IMG/VR virus record: IMGVR_UViG_3300021082_000492
Coordinates: 1 to 51,223 of that record
Strand: one strand, 5' to 3'
Length of the DNA: 51,223 nucleotides
Source of the DNA: a virus
Lineage: Duplodnaviria; Caudoviricetes
The notes beneath the pieces were generated by a model that searched no databases, was not told where the DNA came from, and saw only the letters and a list, made by a program, of their open reading frames with translations. Made by a program: the position numbers and the translations under genes. Positions 15,708-25,359 of this stretch are shown piece by piece; the first letter of the stretch is position 1; every line of letters begins with the position of its first letter.

Positions 15708-17150
15708 ATGAATATCCACCAGCGCAGTCTCAATTCGCGGCTAAAGGTTGGCACGTTCCTCACCAAGGAGGCGCCTCCTGACACCAAAGCGGCCGAGAAA
15801 ATTCTCGAGCCGGTGATGCTGCAACTCGGCGAAATCTCCTCTGCTCTCGAAAAGGGCAAGAAGAGTGCCGAGGACCAGTACAAGGAGCTGTCCACCAACT
15901 TCGGCGGCATCAAAGCCGAAACTGACGAACTCAAGGCCACGGTGCTCAAGCACGCCACGACCTATAGCGAGCTGATCACGAATAACCAGAAGCTCGAATC
16001 CGCGCTCGACTTCGTCAAGAAGCAGCTCGACATGCCGCTGCTCAAAGGCGGCAAGGAGCTGGAAGAGAGCGACCGCAAGGCCGCAATCGAGTGTCAGAAG
16101 CGCGCGTTCTTGTTCAAGGGCGGCAGCGAAGACGACTTCAAGGAAGACCTCGACAATCTCGTCGATGTCAAAGCCTACCGCTCAGCGGTGCGCAAGATGG
16201 TGCGACTCGTCGGCATCGAGCCCAAGCGCAAGGTGATCGCCAGTCTCAACGAGTACGAGCGCAAGGCGTTCGAGGCATCCTCGCTCGACAGCGCGATCTT
16301 TGTGCCGGAGATGCTTGGCATTGAGTTAAACTGTCTCATCGACTGCGCCGGCATGACCGACCTCTACGGTCAGGTCAACGTGTCGAAGAGCACCTTCATG
16401 TATCCGCAGGTGCTCGATTACGGCGAGATCGGCAAGTATGACTGCGATGCCAAGTGCGACGCCGAGTACGGACCCGAGGGCAACATCACGTTTAAATCCG
16501 GTGCCGTGTCGGACTACCGCGGCGTGTTCTGCTTCCAGCGCAAGGTGCTCACCGAAGCCAACTACGACCTGTTGAACTTCATGTACACGTCAGTTCGGCG
16601 TGCGCAGACGATCGCACGCAACCGTGCGCTCATGGTCGGCTCTGGCATCAACGAGCCGCTTGGTTGGTTGACAGCGAACTGCTTCACCAAGCTCAAGACC
16701 ACAACGACCGATTTCACCCATATCGATTTTCGGTTGCTGTACGGCTCAGCTCCGATCGAATACGGGCCGGTTACCGCGGTGATGCATCAAAACATGTTCG
16801 CGAATCTTGCCGCGCGGACGGACGCCAACGGTCGCTTTATCTTTGGCGACGGTCTCATGACTTACTCACCAAACGATGTGCGTGAGAACATCCGGATCAG
16901 CAATTGTCTGCCCGATCCGACCTACAACTTGACCAAGGGTACGGAGACTTCGCCGTTCATCACCGGCGACTTCCTCGTCGGCATCGGTTCATGGGCTTCG
17001 GCCTACTACGCCGTCAGCAAGCGCCCGCTGTGGATCGAGCAGTGGGAAGGGCAATCGACTGCATGGTGCGTAAAATATGTTTTTGGTGCGGAAGACGGCG
17101 GATTCACCGCCTGCTGCCCGGCCGCGCGCATCATCACGGTTGGTCCGTAA
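15708..17150 (+). CDS. Major capsid protein (HK97 fold), Cys-rich
   Basis: Coiled-coil N-terminal delta-like region; GSGINEPLG; D.NGRFIF; follows the protease; AAGGA RBS. Confidence 0.9.
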   Translation: MNIHQRSLNSRLKVGTFLTKEAPPDTKAAEKILEPVMLQLGEISSALEKGKKSAEDQYKELSTNFGGIKAETDELKATVLKHATTYSELITNNQKLESALDFVKKQLDMPLLKGGKELEESDRKAAIECQKRAFLFKGGSEDDFKEDLDNLVDVKAYRSAVRKMVRLVGIEPKRKVIASLNEYERKAFEASSLDSAIFVPEMLGIELNCLIDCAGMTDLYGQVNVSKSTFMYPQVLDYGEIGKYDCDAKCDAEYGPEGNITFKSGAVSDYRGVFCFQRKVLTEANYDLLNFMYTSVRRAQTIARNRALMVGSGINEPLGWLTANCFTKLKTTTTDFTHIDFRLLYGSAPIEYGPVTAVMHQNMFANLAARTDANGRFIFGDGLMTYSPNDVRENIRISNCLPDPTYNLTKGTETSPFITGDFLVGIGSWASAYYAVSKRPLWIEQWEGQSTAWCVKYVFGAEDGGFTACCPAARIITVGP

Positions 17151-17189
17151 TCCTTCCACCCCATCACTCACACAGAAGGATTCACGACC

Positions 17190-17585
17190 GTGAATATCAA
17201 TGTTGCAAGTCAGAACCAGGGAGTGATCGCGTGGACCGGCACGGCAGCTCGTCCTATCGACATCCGCCATCACGTCCACTTCGCCTTCACTTTCGAGGCG
17301 ACGGCAAACCTTGCCGCTGATGCTACCTTCAAGGTGCAGGCGGCACCGCCCAGCGATGCCGATCCGTGTGTCCCCGGCACGTTCTATGACGTGGAGGAGA
17401 CGCTGACCTGTGCCGGGTGGGGGCAAGTCCCCGACCCGACCACTGGGTTCGTCATCCCGTCCGGGACCAAGAAGGGTGCAATCTGTACGGCAGCGCTGCC
17501 GTGTCGGCCGGACGCCTTTGTCCAGTTGGTCGGCACCGGGGCGGCGGCCGTGCTTGGGGTCGCCATTCTCGGCGGTCCGCGCTGA
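17190..17585 (+). CDS. Putative capsid decoration/minor capsid protein, paralog 1
   Basis: Directly after the capsid gene; aligns by eye with 17655-18074. Confidence 0.6.
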   Translation: MNINVASQNQGVIAWTGTAARPIDIRHHVHFAFTFEATANLAADATFKVQAAPPSDADPCVPGTFYDVEETLTCAGWGQVPDPTTGFVIPSGTKKGAICTAALPCRPDAFVQLVGTGAAAVLGVAILGGPR

Positions 17586-17601
17586 AACCACAGAGAGGCT
17601 G

Positions 17602-17632
17602 ACGTAGCTGTTCGAAAGCGCAGCTACGTTTT
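17602..17632 (+). terminator. Probable intrinsic terminator between the two paralogs
   Basis: ACGTAGCTG-loop-CAGCTACGT followed by TTT. Confidence 0.55.
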
Positions 17633-17654
17633 GCCTCATCAGGAGTCTGAGAAC

Positions 17655-18074
17655 ATGAATCTCAACACAGCTTCCCAGAACCGAGGTGTGCTGGCGTGGC
17701 GGGCGATTACGGCGGTGAACCTCAATCCACCGATTGATGTTCGCCAACACGTCAACTTCAGCTTCACCTTCCACGTCGTCGCCGACATTGTTGCCGACGC
17801 CGTGTTCGAATTTGCTTCCGCGCCGCCGGATCCTGCGAATCCGTGCGCTCCGCTGTTGCCCCAGACCAAGGTCAAGGAGACGCTTACGTGCGTGGCTTCG
17901 TGGGGCGCAGTTGCGACGGAAGATGCCAGTCTTACTATTCCGGCGGGAACGAAAGCGGGTTCGCTATGTACGGCGGCGTTGCCGTGCAAGCCTGACGCTT
18001 TCATTCAAGTTGAGCCGGTTTCCGGCGACACCGGCAAGATCGAGGTTGTCGCTATTCTGAGCGGCCCCAGATAA
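17655..18074 (+). CDS. Putative capsid decoration/minor capsid protein, paralog 2
   Basis: Shares MN.N.ASQN.GV.AW, PID.R.HV.F.FTF, ETLTC and CTAALPC.PDAF.Q with paralog 1. Confidence 0.6.
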   Translation: MNLNTASQNRGVLAWRAITAVNLNPPIDVRQHVNFSFTFHVVADIVADAVFEFASAPPDPANPCAPLLPQTKVKETLTCVASWGAVATEDASLTIPAGTKAGSLCTAALPCKPDAFIQVEPVSGDTGKIEVVAILSGPR

Positions 18075-18470
18075 ATGCGGGTGCCGGTTGGAAAGACTTT
18101 GCGTGTTGGGCCTGGCGACGAAGTCCACGTCGTCGCCAGGTTACGTCCAGAGGCGACACTCGGTCGTCTCTTCGTGTTTGCTAAAGAGGGCCGGAACGAA
18201 ACGTTCTCGCCCTATACGCCGATGGTGGATATTCTGGTCAATGGCCAGCCGCCGATACTGACGCCGCTGATGTTGCGGCTGAGCACACAGCAGCCGATGC
18301 GCGAGTTGCAGTTCAATGCCGACTTCGATGGTTACGTCAGAATTTTTCAAGAGGTCGACACCGCTAAGGATGCGTTAGCCAGGGTCAAACTGCAGCGCAA
18401 AATTTGTCCGTCTCTTGGTTGGCGTGATTGGTTGGTAAGGAGTTTGCCATGGCGGCCGATGAGCGTCTGA
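18075..18470 (+). CDS. Hypothetical protein
   Basis: Contiguous ORF in the structural operon. Confidence 0.55.
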   Translation: MRVPVGKTLRVGPGDEVHVVARLRPEATLGRLFVFAKEGRNETFSPYTPMVDILVNGQPPILTPLMLRLSTQQPMRELQFNADFDGYVRIFQEVDTAKDALARVKLQRKICPSLGWRDWLVRSLPWRPMSV

Positions 18471-18763
18471 TCGTTCGTGAAGGTACATCGCCGGCAACAG
18501 CTGATGGCGCATCACTGGGATGCATCATGCTGGTCTCTGGCGGCCACGACGATGAAATACAGTGGTTTGAATTTAAGACCAACTATATGTCGACGGCGAT
18601 ATATCGGGTCGAGTGGGAAATTGAGACCATGTTCGTTGTCATCCCAACAGAGACTGCGAACTGGTTGATCAAGAGCGGCTACGCGCGTCCGATGACAGTT
18701 CCCGAGGCACGCGCATATAACAACAGCCTCGAGAAAGAAGAGAGACCAAAGGAGACTGCATGA
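18449..18763 (+). CDS. Hypothetical protein
   Basis: AAGGAG RBS before MAADERL. Confidence 0.6.
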   Translation: MAADERLIVREGTSPATADGASLGCIMLVSGGHDDEIQWFEFKTNYMSTAIYRVEWEIETMFVVIPTETANWLIKSGYARPMTVPEARAYNNSLEKEERPKETA

Positions 18764-18843
18764 TCGTGACCAGATGCACACCACCGTGTGCCCCGCAGGC
18801 GGCTCAAGCGCTCGCTTCGCCCGGCTGCTTCAAGTGTACGTAA
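18760..18843 (+). CDS. 27-aa four-Cys peptide, putative virion linking protein (absent from the ORF track)
   Basis: MIVTRCTPPCAPQAAQALASPGCFKCT; AAGGAGA RBS; ATGA overlap. Confidence 0.6.
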   Translation: MIVTRCTPPCAPQAAQALASPGCFKCT

Positions 18844-18906
18844 ACCTACTGAGCTAAGGCGCGGTCGCTCCCGCGCCTCCTTCTCTCTTAGCCGAGGACC
18901 ACCGTC

Positions 18907-19611
18907 ATGCTGGCTTTGACGATCGACAGCCCGATGCAGTCCGATGGCTGCGTGACTTGTTGCTGTGAAACAATCTCGCTTAAGCCGGGCGAGACGCAGC
19001 CGCTGTATCTCAACTATGCCGGTTGGGCAGCGCCGATCGCGCTGCGCGGACTGCATTGCGAGCCGACCGTCACGGTTGAGGAGAAGAAAACCTGTGATGT
19101 CATCACCACTGGCAATCTTCCTCCGGTTGCGTCGTCTGATACCGAGTTCGACGTCACGCCCAATACGCCGCTCACTGACGATCTCAAGACCTTCGTCGTT
19201 GATCCTGAAAGCGATGCGCTGACCTTTAAGCCGCTGCTGCTGTACGGCACGCAGCATGGCAAGTTCGACCTCAAGCCGGACGGCACCTTCACCTACACGC
19301 CGGTGCAGGGCTATGTCGGTCCTGACAATTGCTTCGTCTCGGTCAGCGACGGGCACAATCAGCCGGTGGTGTTCGAAGTCCTGTTCGGCGTCGGCATCCC
19401 CGCGGCTAACGTGGGTTCGACCTGGGATTTGACCGTGGGCAAGCCCATCGTCAATCAGCGTCTATACCTGGTGACCTTGCCGCTGACGGTGTCGCCGGCG
19501 GCGAGAACCTGCCAGATTTTCCGGCTTACCGTTCGTCAAGGCGCGCTCGATTGCGACTGCAACTGCTACTACCACGTCGACTGTGTCGATGTGCGGATCG
19601 TGCAATGCTGA
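18907..19611 (+). CDS. Cys-rich Ig/cadherin-like domain protein, putative collar sheath
   Basis: DPESDALTF...DGTFTYTP..GY.G.D.....VSDG Big/cadherin motif; CVTCCC and CDCNC clusters. Confidence 0.65.
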   Translation: MLALTIDSPMQSDGCVTCCCETISLKPGETQPLYLNYAGWAAPIALRGLHCEPTVTVEEKKTCDVITTGNLPPVASSDTEFDVTPNTPLTDDLKTFVVDPESDALTFKPLLLYGTQHGKFDLKPDGTFTYTPVQGYVGPDNCFVSVSDGHNQPVVFEVLFGVGIPAANVGSTWDLTVGKPIVNQRLYLVTLPLTVSPAARTCQIFRLTVRQGALDCDCNCYYHVDCVDVRIVQC

Positions 19612-20306
19612 CTTTTGTCGTTGAGCCACCCAAGGATCGTTTTGCCTCGCCGTTACCGGTGGGGCACAAGGAGCCGTTGGATTGGTCGACGTTGCTATCG
19701 ATCGAACTCATCCGACAGCATACCAAGACCGATGATGTCGCCGGCGTCTCTGACGAGATGCTGGACCTCTATCGCCGGGCCGCGGTCGAGGCTGCCGAAC
19801 TCTATACCGGCGCGCTGCTGACCACGCAGATGACTGTCACCGAGCCGATCCAAGGACCGGCGCGGCCTAAATTTGGCAAGCTGACTTACAAGCACAAGCT
19901 CAAGTATCCGGTTGCTGATGGGCTCGTGCATCTCTACGGCAGCCAGAACGTTAACGCCAATCACGCCATTCGTGTACCGGCCAATACCCGCACCATCCAT
20001 GTGCCGATCTGGACCGGCTTCATCGATCTGACGAATTGCTGCGATCCGTGCGCGTCGCATCACCTCAACATCGATATGATGGCCGCTTACAAGGCTGGCT
20101 ACAAATGCCCAGACGATGTGCCCAAAGGCATTACGCTTGGCATGTTGCAGTTCGTTGCTTGGATTCTTGAGCACCCTGGCGACATTTTGCTCACCGTGCG
20201 TAACAAGGAAGACAACTCGACCAAGGGATTGATGGGTAGCAATAACATCGCGCTGGCGAGCGGCGCGATCGAGACTTGGCGGCAGTACGATCCCGAGGCG
20301 TTCTGA
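19605..20306 (+). CDS. Head-tail connector (neck 1)
   Basis: IRQH...D..L..Y..AA.EAAE.YTG motif; YKAGY...VP..I. Confidence 0.75.
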   Translation: MLTFVVEPPKDRFASPLPVGHKEPLDWSTLLSIELIRQHTKTDDVAGVSDEMLDLYRRAAVEAAELYTGALLTTQMTVTEPIQGPARPKFGKLTYKHKLKYPVADGLVHLYGSQNVNANHAIRVPANTRTIHVPIWTGFIDLTNCCDPCASHHLNIDMMAAYKAGYKCPDDVPKGITLGMLQFVAWILEHPGDILLTVRNKEDNSTKGLMGSNNIALASGAIETWRQYDPEAF

Positions 20307-20746
20307 TGACCATCGGAAAAACTGTCATCGCCGATCTGCGTCATCGCATCGTGTTGTGTACGATGCAGGACGTGGTCGAAGCTAACGGCACGATGGAGCT
20401 GACACGTAGAGAGGTGGTTGAGACCTGGGCGCGTATCCGACCATTCCTCACCTTCGGATCCAAAGGATCGTTTATCGGCACGCAGGGCTACACCATTCTC
20501 GATCCAAAGCTGCATCAGAGCCATTGGATCAGCATTCGCTTTCAGCACGACCTCGATATCAACAGCACCGCATGGGTGTACGAGGCTCGCCGCAAAGGGC
20601 TTCCGCGTTGGTACAAAGTTCTGGGCTCTACCGAGACTGAAGATCATCGCTGGACCGAAATCGCCGTGCACTTGTACGAGCGGGCTGAAGCTGCGCAACC
20701 CGTACAAAGTGATCTCTCACCAGTTCGGAGCAACGTCGCGCTCTGA
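20306..20746 (+). CDS. Head closure/adaptor (neck 2)
   Basis: DLRHRI.L...TWARI.P...H.I.IR pattern. Confidence 0.7.
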   Translation: MTIGKTVIADLRHRIVLCTMQDVVEANGTMELTRREVVETWARIRPFLTFGSKGSFIGTQGYTILDPKLHQSHWISIRFQHDLDINSTAWVYEARRKGLPRWYKVLGSTETEDHRWTEIAVHLYERAEAAQPVQSDLSPVRSNVAL

Positions 20747-20815
20747 AGTCGGACGGCCCGGCTGACAAAACCTGTCCTCCCGACAAACCAGACCGGGCCG
20801 TAAGGCTACCCAAAC

Positions 20816-21181
20816 ATGATCGAAATCAGTTTCCAGCCGTGGGGATATTTCCGCGCGGTCAAAGACAACTCGTCAATTCAGGCCTGGCTGGACGCGATCG
20901 GTGAAGCCGCCGAGGCAGCCTTTCGCGGCGGCATGGGTAGTTATCCGCCACCGTCGGCGCCAGGCGCTTGGCCCAACACGCGCAGCGGCGGGCTGATCGG
21001 TTCGATCGCACACGAGACTTCGTCCACCGAAATGACCATCGGCACGTCGATGGCCTATTCGGGCTTCCTCCGCCACGGCACGTCGCGGATGGCGCGCAGG
21101 AAAATGTCCGACAACGCACTGCAAGAGGGCATGAAGGCCGGCGCTGGTCGCCTTGGCCATTGGGTGCACTGGAGCAGATAA
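20816..21181 (+). CDS. HK97 gp10-like tail completion protein
   Basis: SAPG..P..RSG.L..SI...IGT...Y..FL..GTSRM..R. Confidence 0.7.
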   Translation: MIEISFQPWGYFRAVKDNSSIQAWLDAIGEAAEAAFRGGMGSYPPPSAPGAWPNTRSGGLIGSIAHETSSTEMTIGTSMAYSGFLRHGTSRMARRKMSDNALQEGMKAGAGRLGHWVHWSR

Positions 21182-22758
21182 TGACCGCGTACAATTCCAT
21201 CGTCATCTCATCCGGTCACGGTTTGAAAATCCGTGGCGCCGCCGGCGATCCTTCAGGCTCACCGAGTGATCCCTATCTCGATGAGGTCGATGAGGCGCGT
21301 GCAGTGGTCGACGCCCTGGCGGAGGCGCTGGAAGGGCGTGGTGTTACTGTTGTTGTGTTCCACGACAACACTTCCACTACCCAGGACACGAATCTCTCGA
21401 CGATAGTTGCGGCCCACAACAAGGAAGACCGGCAGCTCGATATTTCTTGCCACTTCAATGCTTACACGCAGGGCTCAAAGTGCATGGGCACAGAGATGCT
21501 CTATGTGAGCCAGGGCGCGCTGGCGGATGAGCTGTCCTACGCTGTCGCCCAAGCTGGTGGATTTATCGATCGTGGTCCGAAGAAAAATACCGGGCTGTAT
21601 TTTCTCAATAACACCGAGATGCCAGCGGTGCTTCTCGAGATCTGCTTCTGTGATAGCTCCTGTGACACGAATCAATATCGGGAGAATTTCGACGCCATTA
21701 TCGAGGCCCTGGCGACCGTGCTCGGCGGCGAGGGTGCGGTACGGCCGCCGGAGCCGATTCCACCCTGGCGACCAGAGCGTCCCGAGCGTCCTCAGCGTCC
21801 ACCGCCGGTATCGGCTGAGCGCCCAACTTTGGGCAAGGGTGATTCCGGTAGCGATGTCATAGCGCTGCAAAAATCACTTGGCCTGCCTGCTGATGGTGAT
21901 TTTGGCTCCGTGACTGAAAGCCAGGTCATCGCATTTCAACGTGCCACCGACTTGGCTGCCGACGGTATCGTCGGCGACAAGACTTGGGCTCATGTTGATG
22001 AACTCGATCGTCGCATGGCGCAAGGCGATAGCGGTTTGCCAAAAGGGCTCGCCGAGGAAGTGATCACGCTCGCTGAATCCTCTTCGCTGATGGAGTATGC
22101 CTGGCCTGATCGCGGGGTCGCGCCGCCTGGCTATATCCCTGGCATGGCGCTCTGTTACGCGCTCGCCGTGGTGAAATTAGAGCAAATCAATTCCGCCGCC
22201 ATGGAGATGGGTGAGGCCGCCTCTGGTGATGAGGATGCTGACGCGCTGTCCTGGTACGAGAAAGAACTTGAGGACCTCGACCTCGACGTCTCCGACGACG
22301 GTCTAGAAACTTTGCGCGCGCTGTTTGTAGTCCTTACCGGGCTCGGCATGCGTGAATCATCTGGCCGCTACTGTGAGGGACGCGACATGTCGGCGGACAA
22401 CGTCGCCGCTGATACCTGTGAGGCAGGCCTGTTCCAGATGTCCGCAAACATGCATTCCGCCTCTCCAGAAATGAAGAAGCTGTTCGATGTTTACTGGAAA
22501 GATCCTCAGGGCTTCTTGGACATTTTCCGCGAGGGCATTAACCCGACCGCGTCCAACCTTGACGTCTATGGTTCTGGAAAGGGCGCTTCTTTCCAGTGGC
22601 TCGGGAAGTTCTCTCCGGCCTTCGCAGCCTTTACCACCGCGATCGGTTTGCGCAAGCGCAAAGCCCATTGGGGCCCGATCCAGCGCAAAGAAGTGACACT
22701 TTCTCCGGCTGCGCGCGATCTGTTTAGGAAGATCGAAGCGCTCGTGGCGATGGTATGA
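21181..22758 (+). CDS. Multidomain endolysin: Amidase_3, PG-binding and a putative lysozyme-like C-terminal domain
   Basis: SSGHG..E..ISCHFNA..G.E..LYFL..T..PAVLLEICF amidase; L..GDSG.DV..LQ..DG.FG..T...V..FQ..DGIVG..TW PG-binding; RESSG...EAGLFQ. Confidence 0.85.
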   Translation: MTAYNSIVISSGHGLKIRGAAGDPSGSPSDPYLDEVDEARAVVDALAEALEGRGVTVVVFHDNTSTTQDTNLSTIVAAHNKEDRQLDISCHFNAYTQGSKCMGTEMLYVSQGALADELSYAVAQAGGFIDRGPKKNTGLYFLNNTEMPAVLLEICFCDSSCDTNQYRENFDAIIEALATVLGGEGAVRPPEPIPPWRPERPERPQRPPPVSAERPTLGKGDSGSDVIALQKSLGLPADGDFGSVTESQVIAFQRATDLAADGIVGDKTWAHVDELDRRMAQGDSGLPKGLAEEVITLAESSSLMEYAWPDRGVAPPGYIPGMALCYALAVVKLEQINSAAMEMGEAASGDEDADALSWYEKELEDLDLDVSDDGLETLRALFVVLTGLGMRESSGRYCEGRDMSADNVAADTCEAGLFQMSANMHSASPEMKKLFDVYWKDPQGFLDIFREGINPTASNLDVYGSGKGASFQWLGKFSPAFAAFTTAIGLRKRKAHWGPIQRKEVTLSPAARDLFRKIEALVAMV

Positions 22759-22761
22759 CCG

Positions 22762-23364
22762 ATGAACGTCCAGTTCGCAAATCCACCGCCGCCGAAACCA
22801 GCGGTGGAGAAGGTTCGTTTTCTGCCGGCGCTGGCAGAAGCAATCACCGAATGGTTCCCCGAACTCGGCGGACGTGCGCTTGCTGTCAGCAACGCGCATA
22901 TAACCAAATTGAATGTACCAACGTTGCCGCTGGTGATGGTGGCGTTCGCGCGCTCGGCCGGCGATCAGGCCGCGCGTAGTTATCATCCGACGTTCGAGCT
23001 GATTGATAAATTCGTTATTGAGTTCTGGCTGCAGCCGGAGCGCTACAAAAAAGCTAACGGCGCCGAGACACCGTTCTGGAGCTACTACGACTACGAAGCC
23101 ATCCGCACCAAGCTCTTATCCAATCTAGGGCGTTGGGACACACCTGATGGCGAGCACATTTCCTTTCGGTATCTGACCATTGGCGCCGATGAACTCGCGG
23201 TCACGCTGTCATTTGGCTTCGACGCCACCAAGCAGTTCTGCCCGATCGATCCAGCACAAGGCGAACCCTTCGCCATCAGTTTCGATCTGTGCCCGCCGAA
23301 AAGTTGCTGCCCGCCGTGCATCGAAGAAATCGTGGAGAACGATAAATGCGACCCGTGTCCGTAA
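22762..23364 (+). CDS. Putative tail terminator
   Basis: Position before the sheath; Cys-rich C-terminus. Confidence 0.55.
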   Translation: MNVQFANPPPPKPAVEKVRFLPALAEAITEWFPELGGRALAVSNAHITKLNVPTLPLVMVAFARSAGDQAARSYHPTFELIDKFVIEFWLQPERYKKANGAETPFWSYYDYEAIRTKLLSNLGRWDTPDGEHISFRYLTIGADELAVTLSFGFDATKQFCPIDPAQGEPFAISFDLCPPKSCCPPCIEEIVENDKCDPCP

Positions 23365-23420
23365 ATTTTAAGCCGCCCAAGCAGAAAGACACTGAGAACT
23401 CTAACCAGAGGAGGGCCGAC

Positions 23421-23732
23421 ATGGCCAACATCTATGTCAAGTGTAAGCCCGGCCGTCGGCACTACTACGAGGGTCGCGTTATTCCAACAGACAAGTTCGT
23501 TCCGGTCGACGGTAACGATCCGCTGATCCAGCGGGCGATCCATCACTGGCACGACCTTGAGGTCGAGGGTGGTGAAGGCGAGGCGCCCAAGCCTGGCGAC
23601 CCAATCCTCGACAACACCCTACCGCTCCCAGAAGGAGGCGCTCGTTCGGCGCAATCCGGGCGCAGACGCGCACGGCCTGACGACCCACCGCTGGCGCCCG
23701 AGCACCGGCAACCATCTACCCCGAGGGAGTGA
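23421..23732 (+). CDS. Small protein preceding the sheath (Mu gp38-like position)
   Basis: GAGGAGG RBS; MANIYVK.KPGR. Confidence 0.55.
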   Translation: MANIYVKCKPGRRHYYEGRVIPTDKFVPVDGNDPLIQRAIHHWHDLEVEGGEGEAPKPGDPILDNTLPLPEGGARSAQSGRRRARPDDPPLAPEHRQPSTPRE

Positions 23733-23788
23733 TCGGCTCGCGCCGCTCGTTCTCAAATCCACTCGCCACCCCGAAGGAGTGATCGACC

Positions 23789-25312
23789 ATGTCGATTGAC
23801 AGTCTACGAAGCGGCGCGATCGAGATCTGCTTCGATCCCAGCCTCAACGTCTATCCCAACAAGTGTCGCATTTTGATCGAAGGTCAGATGCTCGACACCG
23901 GCATCGCACAGGACGGCGTCTTGCTTAAGATGCCATCGCTGCGCGACGTCAATGAGCAGTTTGGTGAGGGCTCGGTCATCGCCGAAGGCCTCAAGACTGC
24001 GTTCATTTGCTGCGGCAACAACGCGCTCGACTTTTATGCACTGCCTCGCAAGGACGCATCCGTCGGTGCCACCCAGAAGGCTACGTACACACTGACCTTC
24101 ACAGGCACGGCGACCACCTACGGTCGCGTCGACTTGTACCTGGGCGACGGGCGTTGGCGTACATCGGATCGGGTCGTGTTGGGTACCACGGCCGACGAAG
24201 TCGCCACGATCGTAGGAGATGCGTTAGCGCGCGAGCCTGGCCTGCCGTTCGAGGTCATGTCGAACGCCGGCGGTGTTATCACCATCCGTGCCAAGAACGC
24301 AGGCACGGTTGGTAATTGCCTTCAGGTTTACTACAACTGGCATGAACGGCGTGATTACGCTCCTAAGGGTATCGACTTTGCGTTTGCTCAGACCTTCGCT
24401 GGTCTGAACGAACCAGTGCAGCATCTCGATTACATCGCCCTGCTCGGCGAGTGCTGCTATTGCTGCATCGGGATGCTCTACGACGATACTCTCTGGCAGG
24501 ATGCGATGATCGCGTACATCGCCAGTGCCTGGGATTGTAGCAAGCCACAATGCTTCGGCCACGGATACACGTACAATACTGGTACGCTTGGCGAGATCAT
24601 GTCGTGCGACACAAACTCGGCCGAGGTCAGCCGTCTCGCGCATTGCTGCTCTGACCCCGCGATTGGTTGGATGAAGGTCGCTGCCTATGCTGCGCAGTCT
24701 TGCTGCTTGGCGGTTGACCATCCGGAAATGAACATCCAAGGGCCGGACTTTGGCATCCTGCGTTGTGTTCACATCCCGGAGAGCTGCTTCCAGTGCTTCA
24801 CCTATGAGGAGCAGCAAATCCTGCAGGCCACCGGTTTCGTCGTGACCGTGCCATATCAAGGCGGCACCGGTCATCTGACCTCGCCGATGATCGTCAACGA
24901 CAGCACCAACAACCGCTACGACGACGATATGCGGTTGAACTCGACCTGGTGGGATGTCAGCTCCCGCCGTCTCGCCGCGGTGACCGCCGATCAGATGGCG
25001 CTCGAACTCGGCAAGGTGCTTGGGCTCGGACTGTTCACCAAGAACACGACGATTCCTCCGGGCATCCGAGGCACCAACCCCAAGCTCATTCTCGGGATGA
25101 TCCGCACTTGGGCGAAAGCTCACGTCGGCGTCTTGTTCAGTGAGTTCGACGACCTCGACAACGACATCCAGCTTCGCACCGATTTCGAAGTCGCTCCGCG
25201 ATGCCAAGGTGTCTGCGGCAAGTTGTGGGTGAACTTTATCTATCGGCCACCGTGCCGCATCCGCAAGATCCACGTCAACGCCCAGCCGAGACTGCTGGAC
25301 AACTGCTACTAA
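23789..25312 (+). CDS. Contractile tail sheath protein, Cys-rich
   Basis: LIEGQM..G....FG.GS, ITI.AKN.G..GN motifs of Mu L-like sheaths. Confidence 0.85.
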   Translation: MSIDSLRSGAIEICFDPSLNVYPNKCRILIEGQMLDTGIAQDGVLLKMPSLRDVNEQFGEGSVIAEGLKTAFICCGNNALDFYALPRKDASVGATQKATYTLTFTGTATTYGRVDLYLGDGRWRTSDRVVLGTTADEVATIVGDALAREPGLPFEVMSNAGGVITIRAKNAGTVGNCLQVYYNWHERRDYAPKGIDFAFAQTFAGLNEPVQHLDYIALLGECCYCCIGMLYDDTLWQDAMIAYIASAWDCSKPQCFGHGYTYNTGTLGEIMSCDTNSAEVSRLAHCCSDPAIGWMKVAAYAAQSCCLAVDHPEMNIQGPDFGILRCVHIPESCFQCFTYEEQQILQATGFVVTVPYQGGTGHLTSPMIVNDSTNNRYDDDMRLNSTWWDVSSRRLAAVTADQMALELGKVLGLGLFTKNTTIPPGIRGTNPKLILGMIRTWAKAHVGVLFSEFDDLDNDIQLRTDFEVAPRCQGVCGKLWVNFIYRPPCRIRKIHVNAQPRLLDNCY

Positions 25313-25359
25313 CCCAACCCGCCGTCGAGTCATATCGATCGGCTAAAGGAGAACTTCAA

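Noticed and set aside
23718-23785. 18-bp direct repeat ACCCCGA(G/A)GGAGTGATCG before the sheath gene
   Set aside because: Only two copies; most simply a local duplication of the RBS region, with no support for an att site
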